Part shown: in pieces, positions 49,695 through 63,188 of the stretch | How positions within the stretch are numbered: position 1 is the first letter of the stretch | How the letters are laid out: each line of letters starts with the position of its first letter | From: Fistulifera solaris | Lineage: Eukaryota | Direction of reading: 5' to 3' | Length of the DNA: 64,000 nucleotides | Assembly: GCA_030295235.1 (NCBI GenBank) | Contig: AP026131.1 | Location: 434,001-498,000, forward strand | Made by a program: the position numbers and the translations under genes | Notes under the pieces: generated by a model | What the model was told of the DNA's origin: nothing | The model's input: the letters and a program-made list of their open reading frames with translations, nothing else | The model's database searches: none

Positions 49695-52600
49695 TTAAAC
49701 CCACGGCTGCCAGCCAGGGTACATTGAGCTGAGATTACCATGATCTCGGGCGGAATTAATAAGCAACTGGACTTGACCTTCAATGCTTTGTTGTTCTCCG
49801 GCGGTACCATCCTCGTAACCTTGCAACTTTTCGTGAACTCTAGAAATAGCGCGAGCTGCTGCCTTGTTTTTCTCTTTTTGATTGAAATGGTCTTCCTGGT
49901 CATCCTTCTCTTTTCGGCTTTGCATAGTAACTCCTCGATTTCGAGCTTTCATCGGGTTTAAACTCCATTTGTACAAAGGATCACTTGCCATTGCGGACAA
50001 GATCGTCAAAAGAGCGTTTGTGTTGGATTTTAGCAAATACATCGTCGATTCTGAAATCTTGGTAAATAAACCATCAGTACCAGTTATACCCATCCCGTCC
50101 ATAACATTTCTCGTGAGGCGAAAAGGTACCTTTTCAGGTATGGCCAGAAGCTGCGAGAGAAAAGTTAGAATCAAGACCCGAACTGGATAAATCTCCTTCG
50201 CTGACGACTTACTTTCCCCTGCTCAAAAACATAACCAAAGTCAATGTGAACCACTTCCCCGGACTTCTCATGAACCAAGATATTGGAACAATGACGATCG
50301 CCTATACCTAGGACGTGGCCCACCATGCTGCTAACAGCGACTGACCTTGTGTACCGCATTTTCGCGTCATACCATTTATCGGGAGCGTGGCCAAACCTTT
50401 CAAGAAAGAAATAGCGAAAGGAAGGTGAATAGTGCGAGCAAATTTTATCAAAGGCTGTCAGCTGTGCCTCCCCTCGTTTCGCATCTTGCAGCTCGCTGTA
50501 GCATATTTTGTTGGCCCACTCGTCGGGAAAATACCTCGGATGCAGTCCGCTCTTTTGTCGACAATAAGATCACCAAATGGAGCAGAATCTTCGACCCATT
50601 CGAGAACCTGCGAGCAAGAAAAACATTGTGAGTTTTCCGAGCACCTCCATTAAAGGAAAAATCTATTTTGAACGTACACCGCTGGTAGGAGTCAGGGGTA
50701 TAATATTGTAGGTAATCAATTGATGCATCGCGTGTTTTCTGGAGCTTTCGCTATTCTGGTTTTGAGCCACGAATTCGTTAAGTAGCCCAAAAACCTGTTG
50801 CATCACCGCATCTTGTCGGATTTCATCTTGTCCTTTCACCAGTTGCCTATATGTTCCCCCCTTTGTTCCATTACAGACTACAATTTTGGGTACATGAACT
50901 CCACTTTCAGATGTTAGAAAATAAGCATCAAAACCAAGTACCCGTTCCCCTTGCTTGGGATCTTCTCTCCCCTCCCCGTAGTCTCGCCCCGGGCGTATAG
51001 GTGGCGGTTTCGTGAATATACAGGGCATGAATTCCGAACGACCCTTACGACCTAAGCAAGAATCGAGTCTTTCGCTTGACTTTGAACTTATTGAAGCAAA
51101 GCTTATTTTTTGTGCCCTTTTACCTCCGCCATCGCGAGATGAATGTATGCATCAGAAAGGGTTCGATAGCTTTCGAATAAGCAGGAGACGAACTCGGGGT
51201 CTTTTGCTTCACTGTCTGAACAATTAAATGTGCTGTTTCAACTTTGCTGTCGCTGGTGTTCTTTAAAAAGGTTGCAGCGCTTCTGCCGTCCACTCCTTTC
51301 CCCACATTATTGCCGTTGCAGGCCGCAATCAAGTGCACCAGGCAATGGTACGGATGTTCAAGGCAGAGTTTGACTACGAGGCCTTGTATCCTTTCGTGAT
51401 CGAGTCGAGCGAAAAGTTGGTTCGCAAGAGGAACAAAGCGAAAAGATGGAGTTCTTTCGATTGCTTCGTGGATCAATTTGTCGACGTTGACATCGTACAT
51501 ATTTTCATCTATTGCAGAAAACCAGACGCTGATTAATCTGTAAGCGTAAGTTGAAAAGCCCAAACCTCGGTTTGTCCCTACTATCATGAAGGCCTGTGAC
51601 GTTGCATCCAAAACAATTTTTAAGTGTGCATTCAACGCCGTAAGAGTTTCAGACCTTTCAGCTTCCATTTGCCGAATCTCCTTGCTTAGGTTATGTTCAT
51701 AGATTGCAAGATCAGAGTGATCTTTGCTTTGCTTAGACGATAGCTGGCTACTTTTTTGAAGTCTTTTACATTCATCTAGCTCTTCTCTCCTTGACGCCAA
51801 GCTTTCTTCTGAGCGCTGGAATTCCAAACTATTGATGCGCTTCAAACCAGATTCGAACAACAAATGACCAAGGGAGCCCATTGTCATGAGGCATTCAGAA
51901 GCGCGATTGATGTTGGATTCTAGCTTTGGGTCACTTTCCAGAAGACGAATAGCAATATCTTTTCCAGGCGACAGGACATTCATTAGTACGTGATGAATCG
52001 GGTCGGTTTTATACTTCGCCATCCACCTGCTACAGTTCAGCATGAGTTCAGACAGGAGAGCTTGTGAAGCAACAGAAAGCGAATCCACTTGCTGTGAAAG
52101 CCGTTCTATAGTACGTTGAGTGCTCGTAATTGCGGAAGTGAAGTTGCCACTCTTTTCTAGAAGTAGAGTTTCTTCCATGCGAAGTCGTAATCTCATTGGA
52201 AGAAAAATTTCTGATTTAGCCGGCTCTTCTTTCTGTGTATTGAGAACGATATGAATACGACTTAAGGCGCCAGATGCCATTCGTAAGTCGCCGCATTTCA
52301 GGCTCATCGAACTCGTTTGCCATAGCTGATCAAGTAAAAGCCTGACATGTTTGCTTTCGTGGCCAGAATTCTTCTTGCAGTTGTGTCTCAGAACAAGCTC
52401 TCGACAATAAAAGGGCAGCTCCCGTTGACTTCTGAATGTTCCACAGTCCTCCAAAGCCGGAGGGAGATAAACTCCATCGGATGTATCACTTCTCACGAAT
52501 CGCTGCAAATCATTGAGTGACCGTAAATAACTTGCTGCTCGAAAGATACCTTCACTTTCCGACCGAACATCCATATTGAAGGTAGAAAGAAGTAAGCCCC

Positions 52601-55600
52601 ATCGAGCCTCCTCTACGTGTTCGCAGCAAGTGTTGTAATCCGACCTCTCCATGGCTGTCACTGCGTTCACCGTCGACTCAAAAAATCCAGGACGCAAGTC
52701 CATCCCTTGTTGTGACAAGTAGACGATAGAGTTGTTCTCTTGGTACACGTTATCGGTCCAACACATTCTGGTTAACTGGCATTTGTACCACTTTTCTTTC
52801 ATTTCCGTCGTCTCATTTTCTGAAAGCACTATGGACGGGTTCATTGATGCACCTGAAATGTAATGCTGCAAAGCGAAATCAAGCCCAAGCTGATCAAGGC
52901 CATTTGCAAATTCTATAGTCGCTTGGTTTTCGTTAACACACTGGCAAGATTCGAAGACGTCATCCTTCCCCCCTTAACATCGACAGGAAGTTTTCCGGAG
53001 AATGGACGTCTATGTCAGCCAAGAATTGTGTAAGGGCTTTCAAATTGTCAGCTTCTTCTAGCTCTTCATAGCATCTCCCTAGAGTGGACAAAAATGTTCG
53101 CGAGATGAGAGCTAACTCCTCGTTCGAGATGCTCGTGTGTTGGTGCGAGATAATGCCACTAATATCTCCACTCCCGCACTGAGCTGTTACATTCTTGGTC
53201 ACAATAGCATTTATGCTTTCCCTCGTCCACGATGATCCCCCAAATTTACTGTCTGCGTACATCTCCGCGTAAAGTATAGCAGCTGTGACCCTCCCAGCTT
53301 TCAGGAATGCGCGCATTATCAAGTAGCCATCCAGATGCAAGATGACCCCGAAACGCAGCCCACCCCAGGTATAGCCCGTGCACAAGAGTAAATACTTGCA
53401 CGGGAAAAGCTTTGTTCTTCTCGTTAGTGGAAATTTCGTCCGTTAGTCGACTCTTTTTCTGGCTCCGCGATGACATGAATTTCGATTGAGTTGCGCGCCG
53501 TAGAATTTCAATGGTATTCAGAATGAGATCCAGATACTGTCGTTCTTGGTTGTCGCAAGTATGACAATCTTCCGTGCATTGTTTCAATAATGTTTCAAAA
53601 CAACCTCCAATTTTGTCGATAAGATCCTCTTCAGCTGGCCCTCGAGGTGTGTTTTCATCTGGTACACGATGCAGCAGATCAACTATCAATGCTGGAAAAA
53701 GTGCTGCAGCAACACTCGATTCAAGGAATGTTATCTTTTGCAACAACCAAAAGAATTCCGAATCATTTTTATTGACTTCTCCGGATACGCTGTAGAGGCA
53801 AACTATGATTGACGGGACAATCGCACAAAGCCATTCCTCATAGGAAGAACTCCGCTTGGTACTCCATGCCTCCTGTGTCAAACACCAAGAGGTAACACTG
53901 TCTTCTTCAACGCCACACTTGGTACGGAGCAAAGCGATTTCGTGCCCCTCTAGAATTAGTTGCTTGTCTACAATAATTTTGCTTCTCTTTGTTTGTGAGT
54001 AAAATACCTCAAGTAAGGCGCTCACCTCGTTCACAATGAGACCGCGGCACTCCGCCCCAACACGAGTTGACAAAACGGAAGTAAGCGTGTGCGCTGCTAT
54101 TGACGAGTTCAAAGGGTTCGGGGATTCAAGCACGAAAAACAGAGATTCAATGCATCTCGTCTGCAGAGTCCGAAGGAGACGATTGTCTTTCACGGCTGAG
54201 TATAACCAGTATTCTCCGACGAGTGGGTATTCTTTGTCCCATACAATGGTCGACATATTCAGTTCACCGAAGCACCGACTCGCAGCTAAGCGAATATTTC
54301 GTGGAAAGCCAGATGAACATAGCAGGCCGAGAGTTTGAACATGAGATGATTTTATTGGCTGAAGCATTACTTCTCCGCTTCTTGAATCGTGTAATACTTT
54401 TTCGAGCCTTGCAAGTTTATTGATGAGTCTGTTCGTGTAAATAGCTGTATAATTCAGCAATCCTATCTTTTCTCGATTTACACCGCGTCCCTGCACATCG
54501 CTGATGAAGGTAGAAACGTCGACCTCGGTTCCACTCACAAAATCAGTATTTGTGCGGCATACAATTTTTTCAATTGCGTCTCGAGCGTCAAGTAGACTTT
54601 TGAAGTCTCGTAGGCTATCTTTTGACAAAGAACTAAGCCTACTTGCTTGATATGCTTCGACAAGCTTCGTTTCAAGACTTTGTAAGTTGGAGCACTTTGT
54701 CACGAAACCAGAGACAAACACTTGACACGCTTCAACAATAGCTGATCGTTTCGGACAACGCTTGAAAGACATACTCGAATCGAATGTGACCCTTTCGCAC
54801 CACCCCCAGGTATCTCCAAGCACATGCCTACTGATGTTTTGTCCACCAACCAAGCCCAGACTTCGGGTCAATTTGGCGTGGCGTGCTGATCTAGACAACT
54901 CAGTCTGATCGATGAGAAAGATAATGTTTTCGTCGAGGACCTGGAAGACCACCAGTAGTAAATCTCCAAAGATATTTAAAAAGCTTGATTCGCCGCCGAC
55001 ATTCAATAGCTTATTCGAGAGGAGCGTCAATAAAGGCAAGCAGTACAGATGTATCTTCTGAAAGGTCTCATCACCAAGCATACATGACACTAGCTTGGTA
55101 ACTATTTGGCAGAAAGAAATGCACCGGGGGTCATTCTCGGCTAGCGTCTCCCCTAGTGCAATCACGTTCTCGAGAGGAATCCAAATGACACGTGGTGATG
55201 AGAATTTCAGTCTGACACTCATCAAATACCTTGCATAAAAGAATAGTAAAATGAACGATCCTGAGAAAAATTGCGTTGACGCCATCATTGACAACGTGTT
55301 GTGTGCTTTCAAAAAGACGTCGTTTTTGGCACCAAGGCTCGCTGACAGACTTAGATAAAGGAGATACTTCTGTGCGTTGAAGCTGCGACTTTTCAGGCGG
55401 CGCACGAATACTTCCTCGGAGAGTAGAGAACGAAGCAACTGTTCCATTTCTTGAACAATGTTGCAGTTATCGTCACTTTCGCTCGAGAGCCAGGACAAAT
55501 GGGCGATAGTTTCCGGTAAACTTGAACCAAGAAATTTTCGAACTTCTTCTTCATCAAAATGGTCTGTGAAAATCAAACAAAGCTCTTTGATGTAACCATC

Positions 55601-58600
55601 ATCTATAGTTTCACGACGCAAATCAGTCGAAGTCCCTTTGTTGAGTCGCTTCTTGACGAAAGAGAGCAAAACACGCGGAATGATGATGTGGGAAAATCGA
55701 GCAATGAAGTCAGCTGACGCGACTCGTCGCATCTCTTCAACATCGGAGGTTTCACCGTTGTTGACAAGTAATAGACGAGACCAATGCCCATGTTTTAAAA
55801 GCTCCCCAACAAGTAATGGAGAGGTAATGAAGAGCGGAAAGTCGAGTAACGAGAGTTCTCGTTCCAGCCATCGATCGACAAGATATGTGACGCAGTGATC
55901 AATACAAAGTTCGCAATTTTGCTCCCCCTTCAGGCGAGCCATGTGGCTTAAGGATTGGAAGCAGAGCCCTTCGCACGCAGGCGTACTTTTGGCGACAAGA
56001 ACCAGATCGAACACAAACTGCTTAAGAACGCCATCGTTTGTCGATTCGCTTGCGAGGGCACACCAATGGTTGAGGCAACTGCCTCGCATCGACAAAAATA
56101 AGTCTTCCCAAACCTGCCTTTCAAGAGTGCCTAAGTCGGCACTCTCCACGATCTTCGCCGTGTACCACTCTCTATATTGGTCTCTTTTTTCACTGCCGTC
56201 GGCATCGAAAAGAAAGAGGCGCTTCCGTATTGATTCAGTCACCTTTCCTTCTGGCAATAACCGAATAGCACATGCTACAGCTCGTGAAGCGATACGTCTC
56301 ACATGATTGTTAGTATCAAAGAGCGAGGGTAAGACCAGAGTCCTTGCGAACTCTTTGTCGAAAGTTTCATGAAATTCATCACCTGCCGCAATGAATGAAT
56401 TTATTGCCGCCTGAAACTGTAGTGCGCGGACAAACGGCCTTGTTTGAAATGTCTTGCGCTCAATATTATTGATCGCATCGACAAGAAGCTCCTTTAGACA
56501 CCTAGACTCTTCGCTGTTTAAAGAAAATACGAGATCTGGATTATCACGAGTAACGACTATTTTCTCCGACAACTGGAATCCAAAAAGATGAAAATCATCT
56601 TCAGGGGGAGATGCACCCCTAATCATGGAGAGCAGCCGATGAATAATAAAGAGGTTGTTTTGCTTTTTGCTTCTTTCGCCACCGTTCAAAGTGTGAGCGG
56701 CGAACCCACTCAAGAGAGGCTCTTCCATACACAGGAGATGCGCAGCTATGGCCGCTCCGAGCACGTCAAAGTCACCAGGACTTGTAGCTTCGACATTTTC
56801 TACACCCGCCAGCTTGCAAGCGATTTTTGCACTAGGATTGAGTGCCAATAGAAGAGCACCCACAACTAATGTACATTTGGGACTGGGAAGAACGCATTCA
56901 AGTGCTGCCTTCTTCGCCGAAGTTGCACTGGACGATTCTCCTCGTTTCCTCTTCGTTTCAAAGCCTTGAACCTTCTTTGATACCGTTGTAAATTCCTCGT
57001 CGTCCGTTTCTTCTGAAAATAAAGCATCTGAGTGCTTCGCTGGGGAATGCGACAATCTTAAATGTGGTACCGTCTTCGAGTCCAGCAACGTTTTGCAGAT
57101 ATCACTAAGGCGTACGGCTTCATCTAAGAGCTCGCTCGACAACTCGATACTACTCTCTGAAGTGATGGTAGACAAAGTCCGAATGACGATAATCATCTGA
57201 GAAAATGCAGACCAGAAGGAGCCGATGCTGATTGAAAATAGTTTAATGCCCTTTGAAAAGTATCTGATCAGATGAGTTGAGGTGGCCAATATAGTTTGTT
57301 GCTCCCTTGCGCTTATTTCTCGTGAACAGATCAAGACTGTGATTAAATACCGCCAACACCCAAACATGCGGTCCTTATCGTCGGCATTGTGGCTATCTTC
57401 GTGTACTTCACCGGTATCAACGGGCGCGTCATATGGCTTTAATAACACCGCAGTGACGAGTCCGAGAAGACTACGTGCCTCAGAATCAGGAACATAATCA
57501 GAGAACACAAGTGATCGCTCGCGTTTGCCTAAAACGATGTCAACAACATTTCTTTCACTCCAAGACTCTGCTAATGGGGGACATCGTATCCTCGGATCAA
57601 GCAAGGGTTCCATCCATACCCGACATAGTACATCCGAAGTCGAAATTTGAGACGAGATTACGTCATCTCTCCGAGCATTTAATTGTAAAATTTCAGACAA
57701 AAATAACGCGCTTCCATATACCAGCGCTCCCATGCACGAGGCTACCACAGCGCCTATGGGCTCACTCATATTTGTACCAGATTCAACCGCTCTTAGGCAA
57801 TAAATCAGCAACCTACTGCGCCGACTAAATGTAATCTTCTCTTTTCCGGTTAAAGCTTGAGCAAAATTAAACTCGATAGAATCTGTGCCGCTTTCCGAGA
57901 TACCGACACGCGATAGAAGACAATAGAGTAGTAAGAAGCATTCAGATGACGCAAAGATGTACTGAGAGTAACAAGGTAAATTCCAAATGTCACTTTGATG
58001 TTGGTATACGTAGGAGGATTGTCGACTTAACAGAGTATCAGTGGAGCGGATGCTTGAGTCAAGACACGATCGCACTATCATCTCACGGAACAATGCTAAA
58101 ACCTCGCGTGCGAGGCAATCAGACTTCCCGTTTTTGGTACTTGAATGATAAGCCAGGTCTGGTCTTAACAGTATATCCCATATTCTTCTCCAAGCTAAAC
58201 GAAGATTGTTCATCTCAATAGCGTTAGGTTCGCGACTGTGCGCCAAAACGGCCATGGTTTTTGTCAAGGAATTCGTACAACGGAGTAAAATCACTCGAAG
58301 AGAGGTGCTTCCATTATTCGATCCACTCCACTCCAACACATCTGCTAGTACTTTGATGAGAAGGCAAAGATCGTCACCATTGCAAAGGTTGGTAAAAGCA
58401 CGCTTACAGTCGCCATCGATGGTGCCAGCAATCGAACCTAAATCATACCAGTTTTGTAAGGAAGACGTCCAGCATTGCCCTGATGGAAAATGGTATGCAC
58501 ATGTTGTCACAATACGAAGCACCGGGATGATGGACTTGATGTCAACAGTCGACGTTGACGACTGCAACATCTCTTGTATCATAGGGTCACTCTGGATTTG

Positions 58601-59987
58601 CGAATCCCTCTTCCCACTCGCAATGACGGGAAAAGTGAAACGAAGAATATTCCAAAAAGGAGAGCCAAGTAGCTGCTTTGGTGTCAGAGCGTGACTCTTA
58701 GCGGAAGATGAAGACGCCCATTCCAGAAATGATACACCAGTCTCCAGTTCAGAGTGCATCGAAGTCCACGAAATATCTTCAAGATAGAATCTTTGGGCGC
58801 ATTTGAATAAGCGAGCAACTAATTCTAAGTGGAATTGCTGATGAGGATTAAACTCAACAAGAACAGTATCAGGCCTAAAAACGTCCTCGAGCAAGGTTTC
58901 AAGAAGTGCATTCACATGCTTCATCGTCAACGTTGCGTCTCCCAAGTCACCGAGATCTCCCGTCAGTAGACCCTGCAATTCACCAGCTGTTTCGGCCACC
59001 AGTCTAAATATAAAGAAAATTGTGAGAGCTGAAAGGCTTGAAGGCTCATGCTGGACAATAATAATATACTTACAGATGCGCATAAATGTATTCATTGAGA
59101 GCACGGCGAGAATCGCTCGGTTGCACGGAAGCATAAGCTTTCCTCACAAACGTAATTATTCGCCTCCCGTGACGACTCAACGGCTCCACAGCTTGATGGA
59201 GATCTGATCGAATAAGAGTTGCGAGACCACTCATCAAGTACTGCAGTTCGTGAGGGTTTATTTTATCGTTTGCGTGAAGCGAGCACCAATCTGCAACCAT
59301 TTTGACAGAGCTGGGGAACAGTAGTTGCAAATCGATACCTAGCGAGCAAGCTGTGCTTATCAAGCTTTCGAAAACCATTCCAGTTTTGATGAGGACAGGT
59401 ACCGGCGGTAAGTTGTCGGCTAAGATGCGTGATTCGACCATTTCGTGCATAATTGCATGGATTTCTCTATTCGCTCGCATATTGGCGACGTATTCCTTAC
59501 GCGAGCACAAATAGACAAGATTGTCAAGAAGTTCTTGTTCTGCTAGTTCCAATGCAGTGTCATCTAGGAGCATATCGAAGCAATAGTTAAATACAAGTTT
59601 TGTTTCCGACCGTGATAGAAAAGAAGGTTTGTAAGGAAGAATTCCCGGTACTGCCTCTTCGATTTCATAGGGCAGATCGCAGCAACGCAGCAATTTGAAC
59701 GGCATGAGAATGTCGACATCCCTTAGTCTGACCTTGCTGGCGACCATTTTCTGCATGGAGACGACTGCGGCCCGGATGATATACCGCCAAAGTTCCGATA
59801 ACGCCTTATGTCGCTTGACGCGACTAGCAACATCGTCGCCTGAACTGGCTTCCTTTGCTATCTTTGCTCGTACCTCGGACAAGGCAAGTTTTTGCTGCAA
59901 CTTTTCTGCCACATTTCGACGTTCTTGCACTTTAGAACTCTGTTCTAAGGCCATGACCATTGATCGAATTTCACGATATGTGCTCAT
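49695..59987 (-). CDS. ATM: Serine/threonine kinase ATM (Tel1), PIKK family
   Basis: N-terminal TAN-like LEQSSKVQERR; kinase motifs LVKGQDEIRQD, YTRSVA...LGIGDRH.SNIL, HIDFG and PFRLT; FATC MYPGWQPWV. Introns at ~59071-59005, ~50677-50610 and ~50211-50150, plus several frameshifts. Confidence 0.93.
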
Positions 59988-60645
59988 TGTTCATGTTCGC
60001 AGCGGATGCCTAACTCAGTGAATTTGTTGAAGACACGTGGGAGAGTCTAAGCTAAACCGCAAGGTCAAAGACCGTAATGAAACAATGCTTTGTAAATATC
60101 GATAAGCTGTCGTTGTTTAATGGGGTATCATGTGCATTATTGTCTTGTTAATGCATGATGCTTGCTGCATCTCGTCCTTTTCGGCTTCGACGATGAAATG
60201 TTTTTCGAGACGAAAAGAGTCGGGATTGAAATATTGAGATCATTGAGTCATGGTAAATGCGTCAAAAACAGCACAAACCGACGAAACCGACGAGACGTGT
60301 CAACGGACAACTCTGAAGTATGGAAAATAATGTAGAATGCGAAATAAGCGATCTGCACCATAGTAAGGAATATTACGTCGTTTTGTATTATGATTCCGGC
60401 TGATCCGTTGAGCAGCACCTCAGCTTAAGTATGCTTACAAAGGGGACGCCGGGCGTGAATTACAGGATTTCGAGCATTACGAAGAATGCTCAACGGTCGT
60501 CTAGGATCCGAACGGTTAGTCCATTAGCGAGAAACGATTTTCGCCAAGAAAATCTCACTCCCCCACTTTTTTCCTGCTTCGATCACATCGGGCATCTACA
60601 TTTCCTTTTGGGTTACTACAAGAAAGCAAGAAACTCACGTCAACA

Positions 60646-61119
60646 ATGGCTTTCCTTAAGAAGTTGCGATTCCCGAAGTTCAGCAGAAACAAGAAAGAGG
60701 TGCGTTGCTTACGAGACTGGCTCGGCTAATTTATCTGGATTTTCACATCGTCGACACTCGACCCATGATATCTGGTTGCAAACTTTGATCGATCCATCAA
60801 CTGATGTTTTTTCTTTCAACCGTTCCTATCAACAGACTGCCGAGACGAAGGTCATCGATGAAAAATTCCCGTCTGATGTTGTCGATGCTGAAAGAAGGCT
60901 GTCGACAGCCAGCTGTCTCCGGTAGCGGAAGACCGCGACGGCGCCGATGCCGAGAGCGCCAATATGGACGCCTCTAGCAACGCCGAAAAAACAAAGGGAA
61001 GCGTCAACGGAAGCGAAGTTTCAGTGGGAGATGCCAGCGAGAGCCGTGAAGTGCCGGAATCATCCAAAACAACAAAGTCAGACTGGGACTGCTGCGGTGT
61101 TTCCTTGACCATGCCCTAA
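60646..61119 (+). CDS. Small hypothetical protein (basic N-terminus, acidic body, C-terminal CCG)
   Basis: Exon 1 60646-60699 (MAFLKKLRFPKFSRNKKE), intron 60700-60835, then exon 2 with one A-run frameshift at ~60892, ending DWDCCGVSLTMP*. Confidence 0.55.
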
Positions 61120-61341
61120 GTCACATGAGTTGGCGGATATTTGATGTTTGGGATGACCTGCACATCGATATCTGGATCCGTCGCTCGTATTGTGTTTGTG
61201 CGAACACAGCTGATTCGACCTGGATTCCTTACTGTGGTCTATAGGAAATTGCAGCTGTAACATAATTTTATAAAAAATATCTCTGATTCTAATTTATACT
61301 CCTTATTAGCTATATCTCGATAGCGCAACCTCATTAGTTTA

Positions 61342-62337
61342 CTATAACAATGTGTCTACGTCCTTCCATCCCTCGTGAATGGCAACAATACCTCCCGTCA
61401 AGTTTGTGTACTTCACATGTTGGAAGCCCGCTTGCTGCATACGGAGAACTAGTTCATCTTGGTTGGAAAACATCCGAATGCTCTCCACAAGATACTGATA
61501 AGAATGACGATCATTTGCGATGAATTCGCCCATAGCAGGAATGGCATTAAACGAATAGGCGTCATAAATCTGACGTAGAACCGGGTTCGGAACCTGCGAG
61601 AATTCTAGACACATAAAGCGTCCACCAGGCTTAAGGACTCGGTGAGCTTCTGACAAGGCTTTGTCGACGTCTGTGACATTCCGTAAACCGAAAGCAATGG
61701 TGTACAGATCAAAACTGCAATCTGCAAAGTCGCACAAATCCTGTGCGTTACCTTGCTGGAACTGAAGAGCTTGCGAATCATCCAAAAGGGAATTCCCAAA
61801 CTTTGCACGTGCTCTGCGCTCCCCCACTTGCAACATTTCTGCATTGATGTCACAAACGGTAATGCGAATAGGGTCCTTTCCGGAACTCTTGCTGCGCTCG
61901 ACACAATTAGCAGCTTCAATAAATCGAAAAGCAACGTCCCCAGTTCCTCCAGCTACATCCAGAATATGTAACAGCGGATTGTTGTCAGTTTGATCGGTCG
62001 AAATACTTCGCCGGACGGCCTTTGCCATGCTCTCAACGGCGGAGATTTGTAATAAATAATCCTTCCAGTAGCGATGGAGACCGCTAGACATGAGGTCATT
62101 CATCACATCGTATGAGTCAGCGACGCTATCAAATACCTCTCGCACCCTGCTTTCTTTCTCATTTACGGCGACTTTCTCATATCCAAAGTGCGTGGAAGAA
62201 CCCGAAACGTATGGTTGCGCTTTACTACTGTCGAAGGACGTCGACAAATTCCTTTTGCGCGGAAGTCTACTCGTGGAGGCGCACCACTTCGGCGCACGTT
62301 GGAAGACTTGGATTCGTTGAAGTGTCCGAGTCCACAT
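61342..62337 (-). CDS. COQ5: 2-methoxy-6-polyprenyl-1,4-benzoquinol methylase (UbiE/COQ5)
   Basis: THFGY, YDVMNDLMS.GLHRYWK, LDVAGGTGD, YTIAFGLRNVT and YQYLVESIR. Confidence 0.95.
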   Translation of the reverse strand: MWTRTLQRIQVFQRAPKWCASTSRLPRKRNLSTSFDSSKAQPYVSGSSTHFGYEKVAVNEKESRVREVFDSVADSYDVMNDLMSSGLHRYWKDYLLQISAVESMAKAVRRSISTDQTDNNPLLHILDVAGGTGDVAFRFIEAANCVERSKSSGKDPIRITVCDINAEMLQVGERRARAKFGNSLLDDSQALQFQQGNAQDLCDFADCSFDLYTIAFGLRNVTDVDKALSEAHRVLKPGGRFMCLEFSQVPNPVLRQIYDAYSFNAIPAMGEFIANDRHSYQYLVESIRMFSNQDELVLRMQQAGFQHVKYTNLTGGIVAIHEGWKDVDTLL

Positions 62338-62523
62338 TTGATAGAGAGTTCAATGTTAGCATTTGCTACTTGTTGTAACTTATTCGTTTCGTTTTGCTTT
62401 TGCGGCCACGGTCGTCGCCGTCAGGCAGCGCGACAAATTAAGTGTCACAGTGGTTTAGTATTTCTATCTTTGATTACCGTTCACGTTCACTAGTCACTAT
62501 TAGACCTATACAACAACAAAATC

Positions 62524-62557
62524 ACGATTCATGACTGAAAATGCAGTCGTGGATCGT
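62524..62557 (+). repeat. Dispersed hairpin element, copy C
   Basis: ACGATTCATGACTG-AAAATG-CAGTCGTGGATCGT forms a 14-bp stem with 2 G-T pairs. Confidence 0.6.
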
Positions 62558-63188
62558 TATGGTGATTTTTAAAAATTAAAAGTAAGACGCAATTCATTCC
62601 GTGTTGTATCAACGGCCTCATCGTACTGAAAAATTAGACGCAAAAAACAAAGTCATCTTCTCTTTGTTCGCATCTCGTTTGTATCGATAGTTGCTAATGA
62701 TCATTGTCTTTTAATCGTGACGGGAGGTGTGCTAAATATTGGTCGGTTACTCCGCTTATAATCAGCGTGGGTCGCGTCGAATGTGAATATTCGCAAAGAA
62801 ACTCGGCGTTACGAGTTCCGCGTTTTTCATTTAATTATGCCGATCAGGAAGTCCTGGTTCGTGCTTCGTATTGACACTGCTCTTTAATTTACCTACTCCT
62901 TCATTCGCTTTCTTAAGGGGGATTCAGTCGTAGCCGAGAAGCCAGCAAATTGTTTCTATGCTTCCGTGTCCGACGTGACCTATTTTGCAGAAGATGTGTC
63001 AATTAACGCAGTTATGCCTACCGTTGCCGGGATTGAAGAACTAGGAATCATCGTCTAGAGGGAATAGATACTTTTCTAGCGGAGTGGCAGCGGGCCAAGA
63101 TTCCAATCCTCCTAACCAACAAATATTCAATACTCCGAATCTCCGGACATCAGGTCTAGTAGTTGTTCCTTTTGAAAAAAAAGGGAAG

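Noticed and set aside
53574..60021. Numerous plus-strand ORFs opposite ATM (and similar antisense ORFs elsewhere)
   Set aside because: Antisense shadows of long coding frames, with no recognisable motifs.
60431..60925. 164-aa ORF in the track
   Set aside because: It reads through the intron of the spliced gene starting at 60646; only its last part matches the inferred exon.
63046..63115. tRNA-like start (CATCGTCTAGAGG)
   Set aside because: No acceptor stem, T-loop GTTCRA or cloverleaf could be formed.
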